The position numbers and the translations under genes are program-made. 64,000 nt of DNA from IMG/VR virus record IMGVR_UViG_3300014613_000017, positions 32,001 to 96,000 of that record; one strand, given 5' to 3'. This document shows positions 37,010 through 46,688 of this stretch, piece after piece; positions within the stretch are counted from its first letter, which is position 1, and each line of letters starts with the position of its first letter. Source of the DNA: a virus. The notes beneath the pieces are model-generated. The model was not told the origin of the DNA. It did no database searches and worked only from the letters and a program-made list of their open reading frames with translations.

Positions 37010-38743
37010 TCATCCATTAATAATCTTAATCTTATTCTTAACTCCCTCGAAGCCATTTTTCAAGTCACTCGGATACAAATATATAGTCGAGTAGGATTTC
37101 AGCTCTTCATACAATTTCATTTTCTCATGAGTAGATTCAATATAGCTGCTGATAATCTCATTGTTTTTCTGACTTTCTATATACATCCCCAAATATTCAA
37201 TAATCCACACTCCATTTTCACTCAATACAAACCAATCAGGTCTCTTTCCTTTTAGGCTCACAACTTGATCGCTATTATTATAATTATAAATCACATTCTT
37301 CAAGTTTTCACGCAGCACACCATCTACTTGTTCTTCTTCAATTGAATCAAAGTTGTTTCTATATCTACCTATCTCAAAGTCTGTTTCATCAAATTGGTCA
37401 GGATACAATTCATTAAACCACTCATATATATTTCCATTCTTATTGTTTACAATGTAATTCCATAAAGAAGGTGCAATGCTTCTTAATGATGATTTGGTTA
37501 CATATAGTGGTATCTTCTCTATCTGCACCTTCATATCATTTTCAACAAGGAATCTTAAATCACTCAATACATTATTCCTATTCCATTTATAGTAGTTGCC
37601 TATATTCCTGAATTGGTATCCAGCATACTTTCCATCCCAATAATAAACAAAGAAACCACAGAGTCCTCCTAGTTGTCTTTCAACAGACCTAATACCAGAT
37701 TTAACAATTATCTTTTGGTAGTCAAAATCAAACGGATTATTAATTACAATATTATATTCTCTCAGGTAATTATCAAAATTTATCTTGGCAATCTCTGGTG
37801 TAATGCTCTGTGATCCAATGGTATAACTAGGATACTTCCAGTTTTCATAAAAGAAGTTATCTCCGAAAAGAATCCTATACACGTCATCAATCTTACTCAC
37901 ACCATATTTCAAATAATCTAATCTTAATTTATTTTGCAGTAATTCATGATTCAGATTGCTCTCATTAACAGCCTTTCTAGCGTGAAGGTCTTTTATAATG
38001 AGAGTGAAATTTTCCATAGTATACATCCACTTAGGCAGACGTTTAAAGTCTTTCTTCAAATAGCCAATATACATTCCCAATACATCTTGTTTTAGATGGA
38101 ATTCTATATACTCTTCAGCGTCATTCCTGACTAAGTAATTAAAATAATCATCATTGCTTTTGAATTTATAATTCTTACCTTGTCTACATCTTATGCATTG
38201 TGTATCCATATTGTTATAGAAGAAAACATCTGTAAGAGGGTAATTTCTCATACATTTAGAACATCTTTTGCCTGATACTATTGGATTCTCTGTTAAAGCT
38301 TGATTAATTACCATTATAGTCGCTTTATCATAATTTACTATTTCATCTAACTTGAATTGTTTTGTGTCATATTCCACTTCATATAGCAGGGCTACGCCTA
38401 AGTATTCATGAAGCTTATTCTGTGATTGTCTCTGCTTTAAGCTTAGTCTAACTGCTTGGGTATTATTAGATAAAATTCTACCAAGCTCATTAGTCTCAAT
38501 ACAGTTAGAATTCTGCTTATTATTTCCACCAGTGATTCTTCCATAGTCTACATTTAGTTTCAGCAGAAATTTCTTATCTGCGTTTTTCATTATAGTGTCT
38601 GACGCTTGCTCTCTCAATAACAGCTTCTTTGCAACATAGCTAATAGGTAAATACTTATCTCCCTCAAAACATATCAATGGAATCTTAACTCCACCTATTT
38701 CAATGATCTCTTGATAATAATCCATAGTAGTACCTTTTTTCAT
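37010..38743 (-). CDS. Putative endonuclease: N-terminal DNA-binding region, C4 zinc finger, C-terminal PD-(D/E)XK-like domain
   Basis: CSKC...CIRC; FDSIEE...RPDWFV...IIEYLG...YLYPSDL. Confidence 0.65.
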   Translation of the reverse strand: MKKGTTMDYYQEIIEIGGVKIPLICFEGDKYLPISYVAKKLLLREQASDTIMKNADKKFLLKLNVDYGRITGGNNKQNSNCIETNELGRILSNNTQAVRLSLKQRQSQNKLHEYLGVALLYEVEYDTKQFKLDEIVNYDKATIMVINQALTENPIVSGKRCSKCMRNYPLTDVFFYNNMDTQCIRCRQGKNYKFKSNDDYFNYLVRNDAEEYIEFHLKQDVLGMYIGYLKKDFKRLPKWMYTMENFTLIIKDLHARKAVNESNLNHELLQNKLRLDYLKYGVSKIDDVYRILFGDNFFYENWKYPSYTIGSQSITPEIAKINFDNYLREYNIVINNPFDFDYQKIIVKSGIRSVERQLGGLCGFFVYYWDGKYAGYQFRNIGNYYKWNRNNVLSDLRFLVENDMKVQIEKIPLYVTKSSLRSIAPSLWNYIVNNKNGNIYEWFNELYPDQFDETDFEIGRYRNNFDSIEEEQVDGVLRENLKNVIYNYNNSDQVVSLKGKRPDWFVLSENGVWIIEYLGMYIESQKNNEIISSYIESTHEKMKLYEELKSYSTIYLYPSDLKNGFEGVKNKIKIING

Positions 38744-39548
38744 ATGGGAAACCTACTCCTCGTATTCAATTAATTTTTTGCATCCTCTTAATAAAACAGA
38801 GGAGCAAAATATCCCATATATTACTAACTATATACAGATTTTCAGTTTTTATCAATAGTAATTGTGAATAATTATAATTTATTTTTAATTCATTTCATTT
38901 TCAATCCACATCCAACCTAACCTCACATTCAATCATATTTAATTGCCAAATAGCTCCTCAGCGTTCCAAACTACCCTCTACCATACTAAACCATTACCTC
39001 ACCTTATCTCTCCTCTGAGAGCTTAATTCTAATTAAAACTAATTTCATTGTTCGCATCTCACATACAGGGGGGATATATTTCAGATAATCGAAAAAGGAT
39101 GTCACCATAGACACCCTATCCTCAATTTGACTATTCAATTTTCATTAGCTCAAGTTTCAGCTTCATCTCATCTGCACATCAACTTACCTCTTAGATAGCA
39201 TTCTCTAATTAGAATCAGTTGATTAAATCCATTCTAATATCACACATGACAATTTATACCTTAAATTTTAGAATCAGTTTTAGCAACGCTCTCGATTTAC
39301 ACAGAGGCATGTCAATAATTCTGATTTACCTATTCTCGTATTAGGTAGTAAAAAGTGTCAAAATTTAATCTCAATCCAATCCCAAATAATAAAAATCTCC
39401 AAAAGGTTACGTTTTCGTCACTCTATAATAAATCTATTTATTAATTATATATATTATTATTATAATTCATTTATTATAGTGGTACTAAAACGTAACCTGT
39501 TTAAAAGGTTACTATTTTGTACATACCCTAAAGTCCTATATAATTCAT

Positions 39549-40307
39549 CTAAGCAATGGAATACCAATTAACTTCACCTTGCTTCTTCACATTCTGACTC
39601 TTCTTCACTAGTCCTACATCAACTAACAATCCCACTGTATCATTAATCTTACGTCTATCCCATCCAGTCATTTCAACCAGTGTCTTAGTAGCACATTGGA
39701 ATGTATCTGCCTTACTATAGTATTTATTCTTCTCACTCAACATCAATAATAATCCATACATATAGACTGCTGCACAGTTCATCTTCTTATCAACTGTACA
39801 GGCTACGAGTATCTCACCACGCATCATATGGCTGTTACTTGGATTCCAAAACAGTCCATCTTCTTCTTCATTCCCAATTGACTTCAATGGAGCTTTCACT
39901 AATACGTTAACAGAATTAAACTTGTTCAACATTGCTCTACTCTCTTTATCATAATCAGCTAACATCGTATAGCTCATTTGCTTATCCTCATTCATGTGCC
40001 ACAGAATAGGATAGTCAGATACACTAGAGGAATACTCTTTCTGATCCATCAATCCATTCTTCTTGATAATGTAGTTCAGTCTTTTCTCTGCTGGGTTATA
40101 TCCTAACAACTTCTTAATATCACCTAGCGTATATCCATGCTCACCATACTTAGCATAATTCCACAAGTAAGCAATCATCCAATAGAAACAGTAAATAAAC
40201 TCTTGGTGATGGGGAGATTTTAACTCCCCTACCTCAAGCCAATTTTTCATGTCGCTAAATATTTCATTAGGCATAGCTACTGGTCTTTCATAATGTTTTT
40301 CGGTCAT
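39549..40307 (-). CDS. Putative wHTH replication/DNA-binding protein
   Basis: VAMPNEIF start; C-terminal TLVEMTGWDRRKINDTVGLLVDVGLV wHTH. Confidence 0.5.
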   Translation of the reverse strand: MTEKHYERPVAMPNEIFSDMKNWLEVGELKSPHHQEFIYCFYWMIAYLWNYAKYGEHGYTLGDIKKLLGYNPAEKRLNYIIKKNGLMDQKEYSSSVSDYPILWHMNEDKQMSYTMLADYDKESRAMLNKFNSVNVLVKAPLKSIGNEEEDGLFWNPSNSHMMRGEILVACTVDKKMNCAAVYMYGLLLMLSEKNKYYSKADTFQCATKTLVEMTGWDRRKINDTVGLLVDVGLVKKSQNVKKQGEVNWYSIA

Positions 40308-40334
40308 ATGGTAATTACCAACTTTCGATATCTA

Positions 40335-42638
40335 TTATAATTTATTATCAGAAACTTCAGCATTCATATCAGTATTCATCTCAGCATTAATCAGATCACG
40401 TAGGAAGGTTTTACGGACTGAGCTTGCATCTACTGTGATAGCCTTATGCAATGCATTTCCTTCTACCAATGCAACTCCTTTTTCAATTGCACGAGTAATT
40501 GCTGTATAAACTAACTGACGTGATAGCAATGTGAATGCACCATAGTCTAATGCAAATACGACATGCTTGATTCCACTTCCCTGTGAAGAATGAACAGTGA
40601 GAGCATATGCCAATTGAATCTTATCCAATTCCTTCTTCTCAATAAACACATCACCAACTTGCCCCTCGAATCGAACAAATACACCCTCCAAGTCACCTGA
40701 GATAAGCACATCACCTATGATTCCCATTGTGCCATTGTAGACAGTTGTTGTAGGAGTCTTCTCATCCTCTTTCACATATTGTATGAATTGGTCAAATGAA
40801 TAGAATACTGGAATGTCATATGAATTTCCTTTATGGATAACCTTATCATTCATCTTGAATGTCTGATTTCTATGAACAATCGAATCTGATTCAGCAGCAT
40901 TGAATATCTTCTGCATTTCAGTATTCAGATTTTCTACAGATAAAACTTTCTTGTCCTTGTTAGCAACAATAACTTGGAAATCAAATAAATCTTTCGGCTC
41001 TTTGATTTTCTCTTTATATGCGTTAGCAATATTTAAAATATCTCTTGCAATATTATCTTTAGTCTCACCACTGTAAGCAATAACCGTTTGATCTTGTAAT
41101 TCACCATACGTTTCTTTTGTAGTTGTTTTAACATTGTATTTCATAATCTGCTTACCATCTCGGATATCATTAGCTAGACTGAGTATGCCTGATTTAGAAG
41201 CTTGTCTATGAACTTGTGTTAGCTCATATGAAGGGAACAGATTAGTAGTTAGTAAATCACGCAATACATCACCATAGCCAATTGCAGGAAGCTGACCGCT
41301 ATCTCCTACTATGATTAACTTAGCACCATTTTTAATCGCTTCAAGCAGTTGTAGACTAAGGTTAACATCAACCATAGAGAACTCATCGGCAACAACCAAG
41401 TCATAGTCCATCTGCACTTTTTCATTAGGGTTCTGATTGCCACCAATAGCTCGGTGAATGGTAGATGATTCAATTCCTTTGAGTGCTAATACCTGTGCAG
41501 CTTTTCCACTCAATGCAACTGTAATGTAATTCTCTATCCCTAGTGTCTTGATGATTCCAGATACTAAAGTTGTTTTACCAACTCCACCTTTACCATTAAT
41601 GACCATTACACCATGTTTATAACCTTCTATTAGCACTTGATGCTGCTCTTCTGTAAATGTGAAACCTTGTTCAGCTTCAACTTGCTTAATTCTAAAGTTC
41701 ATATCATGCTCATTTTCAGTGAACTCATATGAATTAGCAATTCGTTTTAACTCTTGAAGCACTGATTGCTCTTGCTCATACACATAACGGAAAGTGATAC
41801 GGTTATCATTTGCATAGAAGTATTCATTCTTGCTAAGGTTGTTGACACTCTCAATTAATGAATCAAGTTGCAACTCCAATAGTTTAGCTAACTTATCTAA
41901 CAAGTCACCACGTTTAATCCAAGTGTGTCCACTATCTAATTCCTTTTGAATGACATAGCTGATAGCTGAATGGATGCGATTAGAATTGTAAGGGTCATCT
42001 CCTCTAGCCATAGCTACTTTATCTATCGTAAGGAATCCAAATGTATCAATCTTGCATAGTTCGTAAATGTTTGTAGTAATAATGTGCAATGCTTTTTTTG
42101 CATCGTTATAGTGGTCATTAATCTTCTTCAGTTGATTCGTTGTGAAACCCATTCCTTCTGATCCTGCAATAACTACAGACAATTCATCATTTGTTTGGAT
42201 TTTCTCTCTAATCTTATCTAGTGTCTTATCCTTGATGCCTTTTGTCTTTGTTGTATCAATTTGATTGGCAACAATTAAATCAACCAGCTTCTGATTAGGA
42301 TATGCTTTAGTAAGTGTATCGAATTGTGTCTCAGTTAAGATTGCTTTCAGGAAACGATTCTGTGATTCCATTGTGTCTAACTTTTCAGCTTCAACGTCCA
42401 ATATCTTATAGTAAGCTCCATATTGTTCATGCATGTAGTGTCCTTCAAACTTAACTAAATATGTTTCACCTTTAGTCAATTGTCTTGTATCACCTTGGAT
42501 AGCTACGTTATTGAATTTGTTTTTGATTAGTTCTTGGTTGTAATTAACAGGCAGGCATCCGTATATGCCACTTCCACTATCTTTATTGTAGAACACTTCT
42601 CTTATTATCCTTACTTCCATTTCATACGTCTTCGTCAT
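40335..42638 (-). CDS. recD2: RecD2-like SF1B helicase
   Basis: GKGGVGKTT, VVADEFSM, GDSGQLPAIG, VHRQ, YALTVHSSQGS, YTAITRA; N-terminal OB/HhH region. Confidence 0.92.
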   Translation of the reverse strand: MTKTYEMEVRIIREVFYNKDSGSGIYGCLPVNYNQELIKNKFNNVAIQGDTRQLTKGETYLVKFEGHYMHEQYGAYYKILDVEAEKLDTMESQNRFLKAILTETQFDTLTKAYPNQKLVDLIVANQIDTTKTKGIKDKTLDKIREKIQTNDELSVVIAGSEGMGFTTNQLKKINDHYNDAKKALHIITTNIYELCKIDTFGFLTIDKVAMARGDDPYNSNRIHSAISYVIQKELDSGHTWIKRGDLLDKLAKLLELQLDSLIESVNNLSKNEYFYANDNRITFRYVYEQEQSVLQELKRIANSYEFTENEHDMNFRIKQVEAEQGFTFTEEQHQVLIEGYKHGVMVINGKGGVGKTTLVSGIIKTLGIENYITVALSGKAAQVLALKGIESSTIHRAIGGNQNPNEKVQMDYDLVVADEFSMVDVNLSLQLLEAIKNGAKLIIVGDSGQLPAIGYGDVLRDLLTTNLFPSYELTQVHRQASKSGILSLANDIRDGKQIMKYNVKTTTKETYGELQDQTVIAYSGETKDNIARDILNIANAYKEKIKEPKDLFDFQVIVANKDKKVLSVENLNTEMQKIFNAAESDSIVHRNQTFKMNDKVIHKGNSYDIPVFYSFDQFIQYVKEDEKTPTTTVYNGTMGIIGDVLISGDLEGVFVRFEGQVGDVFIEKKELDKIQLAYALTVHSSQGSGIKHVVFALDYGAFTLLSRQLVYTAITRAIEKGVALVEGNALHKAITVDASSVRKTFLRDLINAEMNTDMNAEVSDNKL

Positions 42639-42725
42639 TCCTTCATCCTCTTTTCTATTATAATTTATTATTTATACATTCATTATCAAGATGTCACCCA
42701 CACTGGATAAACACCTACACTTTAT

Positions 42726-42834
42726 ACTATATACCATTGTTTGGAATTTATCAATAGATAAATAAATTATAATTAAAATAAGTTTATTTTCATATGCTAT
42801 TGATAAAATAGGATTTAATGTATATAGTTAGTAA
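42726..42834. promoter_or_regulatory. Divergent promoter pair with central AATAAATTATAAT motif
   Basis: Minus promoter 42726-42757, motif 42761-42773, plus promoter 42797-42834. Confidence 0.65.
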
Positions 42835-42943
42835 TGTAAGGACTTATCTTACATAGAGTATTACATTAATAGTAAATTATAATATAAATAAACAATATTG
42901 CAACCTCGAAAGGAGGGAGCATGACAGAGAGAGCATCGGGGGA

Positions 42944-43507
42944 ATGGATTTGGCAGATGTAAAAATTAGAGTAGATGATAGTAGTAATAGCTTATTCTTT
43001 AAGGACTTTACTCTTTCTGATATTAACGTAATAAAATTATTGATTCAATACAGATACAAATATGACAACTATCTTTATTCAGAGAAAAACTTCTTCTTTG
43101 GTGAAGCTGGTGAGATTCAATCAATGAATGAGGAGATTATACTTACTTATATATCTTTAGATCAGACCATTGTGGAATGCAACTTCTCACCTGAACAACT
43201 GAAACTAATTGGATTGTACGAGCATGGATTCACCATAAAGGAAATGGCTACAGAGATGGGATTAGGCACAGACAAGTATATTAGAAAGAAATTTAACACG
43301 ATATGCAATCAGATAGTTAAGCAAAACTTATGGAATTGGCGGAAAACGCACTATACACATTCGCTGAAACTCAAGAGCAAGAAATGCAGTAAGTGTAAGG
43401 AGTTCTTACCAGCTACAGATGAGTTTTTTAGCCCGTTACACCATACAAAAGATGGCTTCCACAGCCAGTGTAAGAAGTGTAAAGATTTAAATATCCGAAA
43501 AACATAG
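42944..43507 (+). CDS. Putative transcription factor: sigma region-4/LuxR-like HTH plus C4 zinc finger
   Basis: QLKLIGLYEHGFTIKEMATEMGL HTH; CSKC...FF...DGFHSQCKKC. Confidence 0.5.
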   Translation: MDLADVKIRVDDSSNSLFFKDFTLSDINVIKLLIQYRYKYDNYLYSEKNFFFGEAGEIQSMNEEIILTYISLDQTIVECNFSPEQLKLIGLYEHGFTIKEMATEMGLGTDKYIRKKFNTICNQIVKQNLWNWRKTHYTHSLKLKSKKCSKCKEFLPATDEFFSPLHHTKDGFHSQCKKCKDLNIRKT

Positions 43508-43515
43508 GCAAATAG

Positions 43516-43959
43516 GTGTTCAAGGACACGAACTATATTAGAGGGAGTTATTTTATGAAATTAAAATTTACGAATGGGAAGTCTTTTCTTCTTCCAGATA
43601 GCATTGAGCCATCAGAAAGATTGATTGAAATTAATAAAGTATTAGAATCAGAACTTATATTTGATGGTCGCAAGATGACTGTTGAAAGTTACTTTAGAGA
43701 AACTTGGAATAAGCCGACAACATTAACAGCACTAGATAGAATCAGTTACTACTTAAGCAAAATGCCAGAACAAAAAGGTCAGCACGACTCAGCTATCCTT
43801 TCTAAGAATGATGAAATGGAAATGAATCAAGGTGTTCGCTGGAAGACTCAAAAAGGCGAAAGAATTATTGTTAAAGCAAGATATTCAAACTTTGGGGACT
43901 TAAGCTTAGATTTAAAAGCTGAAATTGGACTAATAGATACAAGCGATTCTTACAATTAA
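43516..43959 (+). CDS. Conserved hypothetical phage protein
   Basis: GGGAG RBS before MKLKFTNG. Confidence 0.6.
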   Translation: MFKDTNYIRGSYFMKLKFTNGKSFLLPDSIEPSERLIEINKVLESELIFDGRKMTVESYFRETWNKPTTLTALDRISYYLSKMPEQKGQHDSAILSKNDEMEMNQGVRWKTQKGERIIVKARYSNFGDLSLDLKAEIGLIDTSDSYN

Positions 43960-44110
43960 ACTACTGTTTGGGAGTTAAAACCTCCCAAATTAATAAATTA
44001 TAACTTAATAATACACAGAAATGTACGAAAAAGCAACGAAAACTAAAGGTTTTTGCGTTATTTTCCCTAAAAAGCGTAAGAAAACACAGAGAAAAAGGAG
44101 ATTGAATTAA

Positions 44111-44413
44111 ATGACATTATTATCAAAAGGTGAATTCGTATCAGCATTAGCAGCACAACGAGAGGTTACTAAAAAGGAAGCGTCTGAATTATTGGATGAT
44201 GTATTTGCAGTAATTGATAGTGCGTTAATTGATGAATTGAAAGATGTAAAACTAGGCGACATTGGAACACTGAAAGTGGTTGAAGTTCCTGAGCGTACCC
44301 ATAAAAATCCTAAAACTGGTGAAGCAGTTATTAAACCTAAACATTATGCAGTGAAATTTAAAACTAATAAGAACTTCAAAGAAGACTTAGCTGAAGTTCC
44401 AGTAGAAGGGTAA
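44111..44413 (+). CDS. hup: HU-family DNA-binding protein (YonN-like)
   Basis: KGEFVSALA...VKLGDIGTLKV...RTHKNPKTGE...VKFK. Confidence 0.9.
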   Translation: MTLLSKGEFVSALAAQREVTKKEASELLDDVFAVIDSALIDELKDVKLGDIGTLKVVEVPERTHKNPKTGEAVIKPKHYAVKFKTNKNFKEDLAEVPVEG

Positions 44414-44503
44414 AAATAACTAATCATGGAGTGAAGAACTGCTGTCGATCATTATCACATACGTTCGGTAACTACTCACACCTTCATTCCATGGTTCTTA
44501 TTA

Positions 44504-45769
44504 ATGGGGATGCTTATGACAGAAAAACTTTGGATTGCTGACACTAATTTTTTATACAACGGAGTCGAAGAAGCGATTGAAAGCAAGAAAATTGTTCTCA
44601 TGTCTACTGTGCGTCAAGAGGCAGATAAACATAAGAATGCAACTGACGTTGACTTGCGATTCAAGGCTAGAAAGCTAAATAGATTTGTTTTTGAAAACTA
44701 CGATAAGTTTCATCACGATGTTGGTGAATACAATCCTGAAGTTATTTTGGGTGAAGATTATGATCGTGGAGTTATGGACAACCGAATCGTGGCTTGTGCA
44801 AAGGCAAATGGATATGGGATTCTCACAAATGATTTAAACCTCTTCTCTACTGCTAAAGCATTTGGAATTGAAGTTGACACACTTGATTCTGGATTATTGC
44901 TAAATAAAGGTGAATACACAGGTATCCTAAAAGTATATGTGACTAGAAACAGCACAGAAGAAGAGTTGTTTGCAAAAGTATATCAAGACCCAAGTGTTAA
45001 CTCATTTGGACTATTAACTAATCAATACATTGTTTTCTATGATAAAGATACGCCTATTGAATTTGACGAAGAGAAAAATCCAACAAAATATAAAGTACTA
45101 GATAAACTTAGATGGAACGGAAAAGAGCTAGTTAAACTTAAACTTCCTCATAAGAAAGTTGTACAGGCTAGGAATGAAGAACAAGAATGTGCAATTGATT
45201 TGCTTAATAATGATGATATTCCAATTAAATTTATTATTGGTGTAAGCGGATCAGGGAAAACTAAACTATCTGCAAAATTAGGTATCCACAAAGTAGTAGA
45301 TACTGGAGCACATGCAAAAATTCTTGCAATCAGAAATCCAATTGGTTCAGGAGAGAATATTGGTTTCTTGCCAGGAGATTTCTCCGAAAAGACAGATAAA
45401 TTCTTCGCACCAATCATTGATTGCTTAAAGGGTGGAGAACTGGAAGCTGCACTAATGGAACAGAAAGGTCAACTAGAGAAACAAATTCCTTACTTCTCAA
45501 AAGGGCTTACTTGGAACGATAGCTATGTACTTGTCGATGAAGCTGAGGATTTAAGCAGATCGAACGTCATCTTGCTTGGTTCTCGAATAGGCATACAGGC
45601 TACAATTGTCTTTGCTGGTGACTATAAACAAGTTGAAGATAAGTATTCTCGCAACAATGGTTTGATTCAAGCTATTGAAGAACTTAAAGGTAAATCATTA
45701 GTTGGTGTAGTATCACTAAGCGATGACATTCGTTCTGAAGCTTCTAAGTTATTTGCTGAAATGAATTAA
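44504..45769 (+). CDS. phoH: PIN domain-PhoH ATPase fusion
   Basis: IADTN...DNRI...TNDLNL (PIN); GVSGSGKT, IGFLPGD, LVDEAEDL, GDYKQ (PhoH). Confidence 0.9.
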   Translation: MGMLMTEKLWIADTNFLYNGVEEAIESKKIVLMSTVRQEADKHKNATDVDLRFKARKLNRFVFENYDKFHHDVGEYNPEVILGEDYDRGVMDNRIVACAKANGYGILTNDLNLFSTAKAFGIEVDTLDSGLLLNKGEYTGILKVYVTRNSTEEELFAKVYQDPSVNSFGLLTNQYIVFYDKDTPIEFDEEKNPTKYKVLDKLRWNGKELVKLKLPHKKVVQARNEEQECAIDLLNNDDIPIKFIIGVSGSGKTKLSAKLGIHKVVDTGAHAKILAIRNPIGSGENIGFLPGDFSEKTDKFFAPIIDCLKGGELEAALMEQKGQLEKQIPYFSKGLTWNDSYVLVDEAEDLSRSNVILLGSRIGIQATIVFAGDYKQVEDKYSRNNGLIQAIEELKGKSLVGVVSLSDDIRSEASKLFAEMN

Positions 45770-45799
45770 TAGTAAATTGTAATTAAAACTACACTTTTA

Positions 45800-46435
45800 A
45801 CTGGAAGAGCGTACTCCATAAACGCTACATGGTCGTAGTCGCCATGAGCCTTTCCTCAAGGAATACCGTTAGGCGGATGACAGATAAGGGCAAACTGCAA
45901 CCCGACTTCATAAGTCCTGAGCGTGGTCAAGCAAAGGGATTAACAATACCTTAACTAGACCAACTTAATTGTTGGTTCAGACAACCTTAAACAAACATTA
46001 AACTATGAGTGTGCGTAGCCTTAAATACTTTTGGCACATTCCATGACGCTTTTGCATTTGAAGTCTAAAAAGGGTGGCTCTCAGTAATAGCTTATGACTT
46101 TGGTGATTGGAGAGTAAATCACAAAAATGCAATCAACATCAAGTCTTAATTGGCTTAATCAAGAATTACTCAGCCCTTGCAGGAAACTGTAGTGCGGCAG
46201 TGGATGTCAGTAATGCTCCACATAAAAGTATTTTACACTCCATGTCCTACCTCCTAATCAGGGTTATTGAAAAAGGACGAAAAAACATCTCACGATTTCA
46301 TTATCGTTAAAATGAATAAGGCTGATTACCTGACACGAGCAGTCGTCCTTCCCATAGTCGTTGGACATTGAGATGCCAACTGTATTGGTTTTGCAGTTGG
46401 ATACATAGATAGGGTTCATCATATCCCTTCCCAAA
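45800..46435 (+). ncRNA. Large ornate structured ncRNA candidate (GOLLD/ROOL class)
   Basis: GC-elevated intergenic ~630 nt with many hairpins, a GAAA tetraloop and crossing long-range helices. Confidence 0.7.
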
Positions 46436-46483
46436 ATGATGACGAGTACAAAGAGACTATTGAGAAAAAGGAGAATGATATAT

Positions 46484-46684
46484 ATGGGGAAACAAACACT
46501 TAACTATTCATTTAAAAATGCTGAAATTTCACTAGAGGATAATACAATTACAGAGATTGGTAAGGAAGAAATTAAAACTTATGTATTGACTGACATCCTT
46601 CGCAAATTTGAAGGTGAAGGTAAAAAAGTAAATCTGACAATCCAAGAGTCATCTGAGCTTGAAACAGAATTGGATGGAGAGTGA
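46484..46684 (+). CDS. yonK: YonK-like small protein
   Basis: ITEIGKEEIKTYVLTDILRKFEG.KVNLTIQE resembles recalled YonK; synteny. Confidence 0.65.
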   Translation: MGKQTLNYSFKNAEISLEDNTITEIGKEEIKTYVLTDILRKFEGEGKKVNLTIQESSELETELDGE

Positions 46685-46688
46685 TTAG

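Noticed and set aside
45800-46435. Group I intron, tmRNA or tRNA reading of the structured RNA
   Set aside because: It interrupts no ORF (phoH and yonK look complete), and I found no T-loop/CCA end or P7 R/S elements by eye
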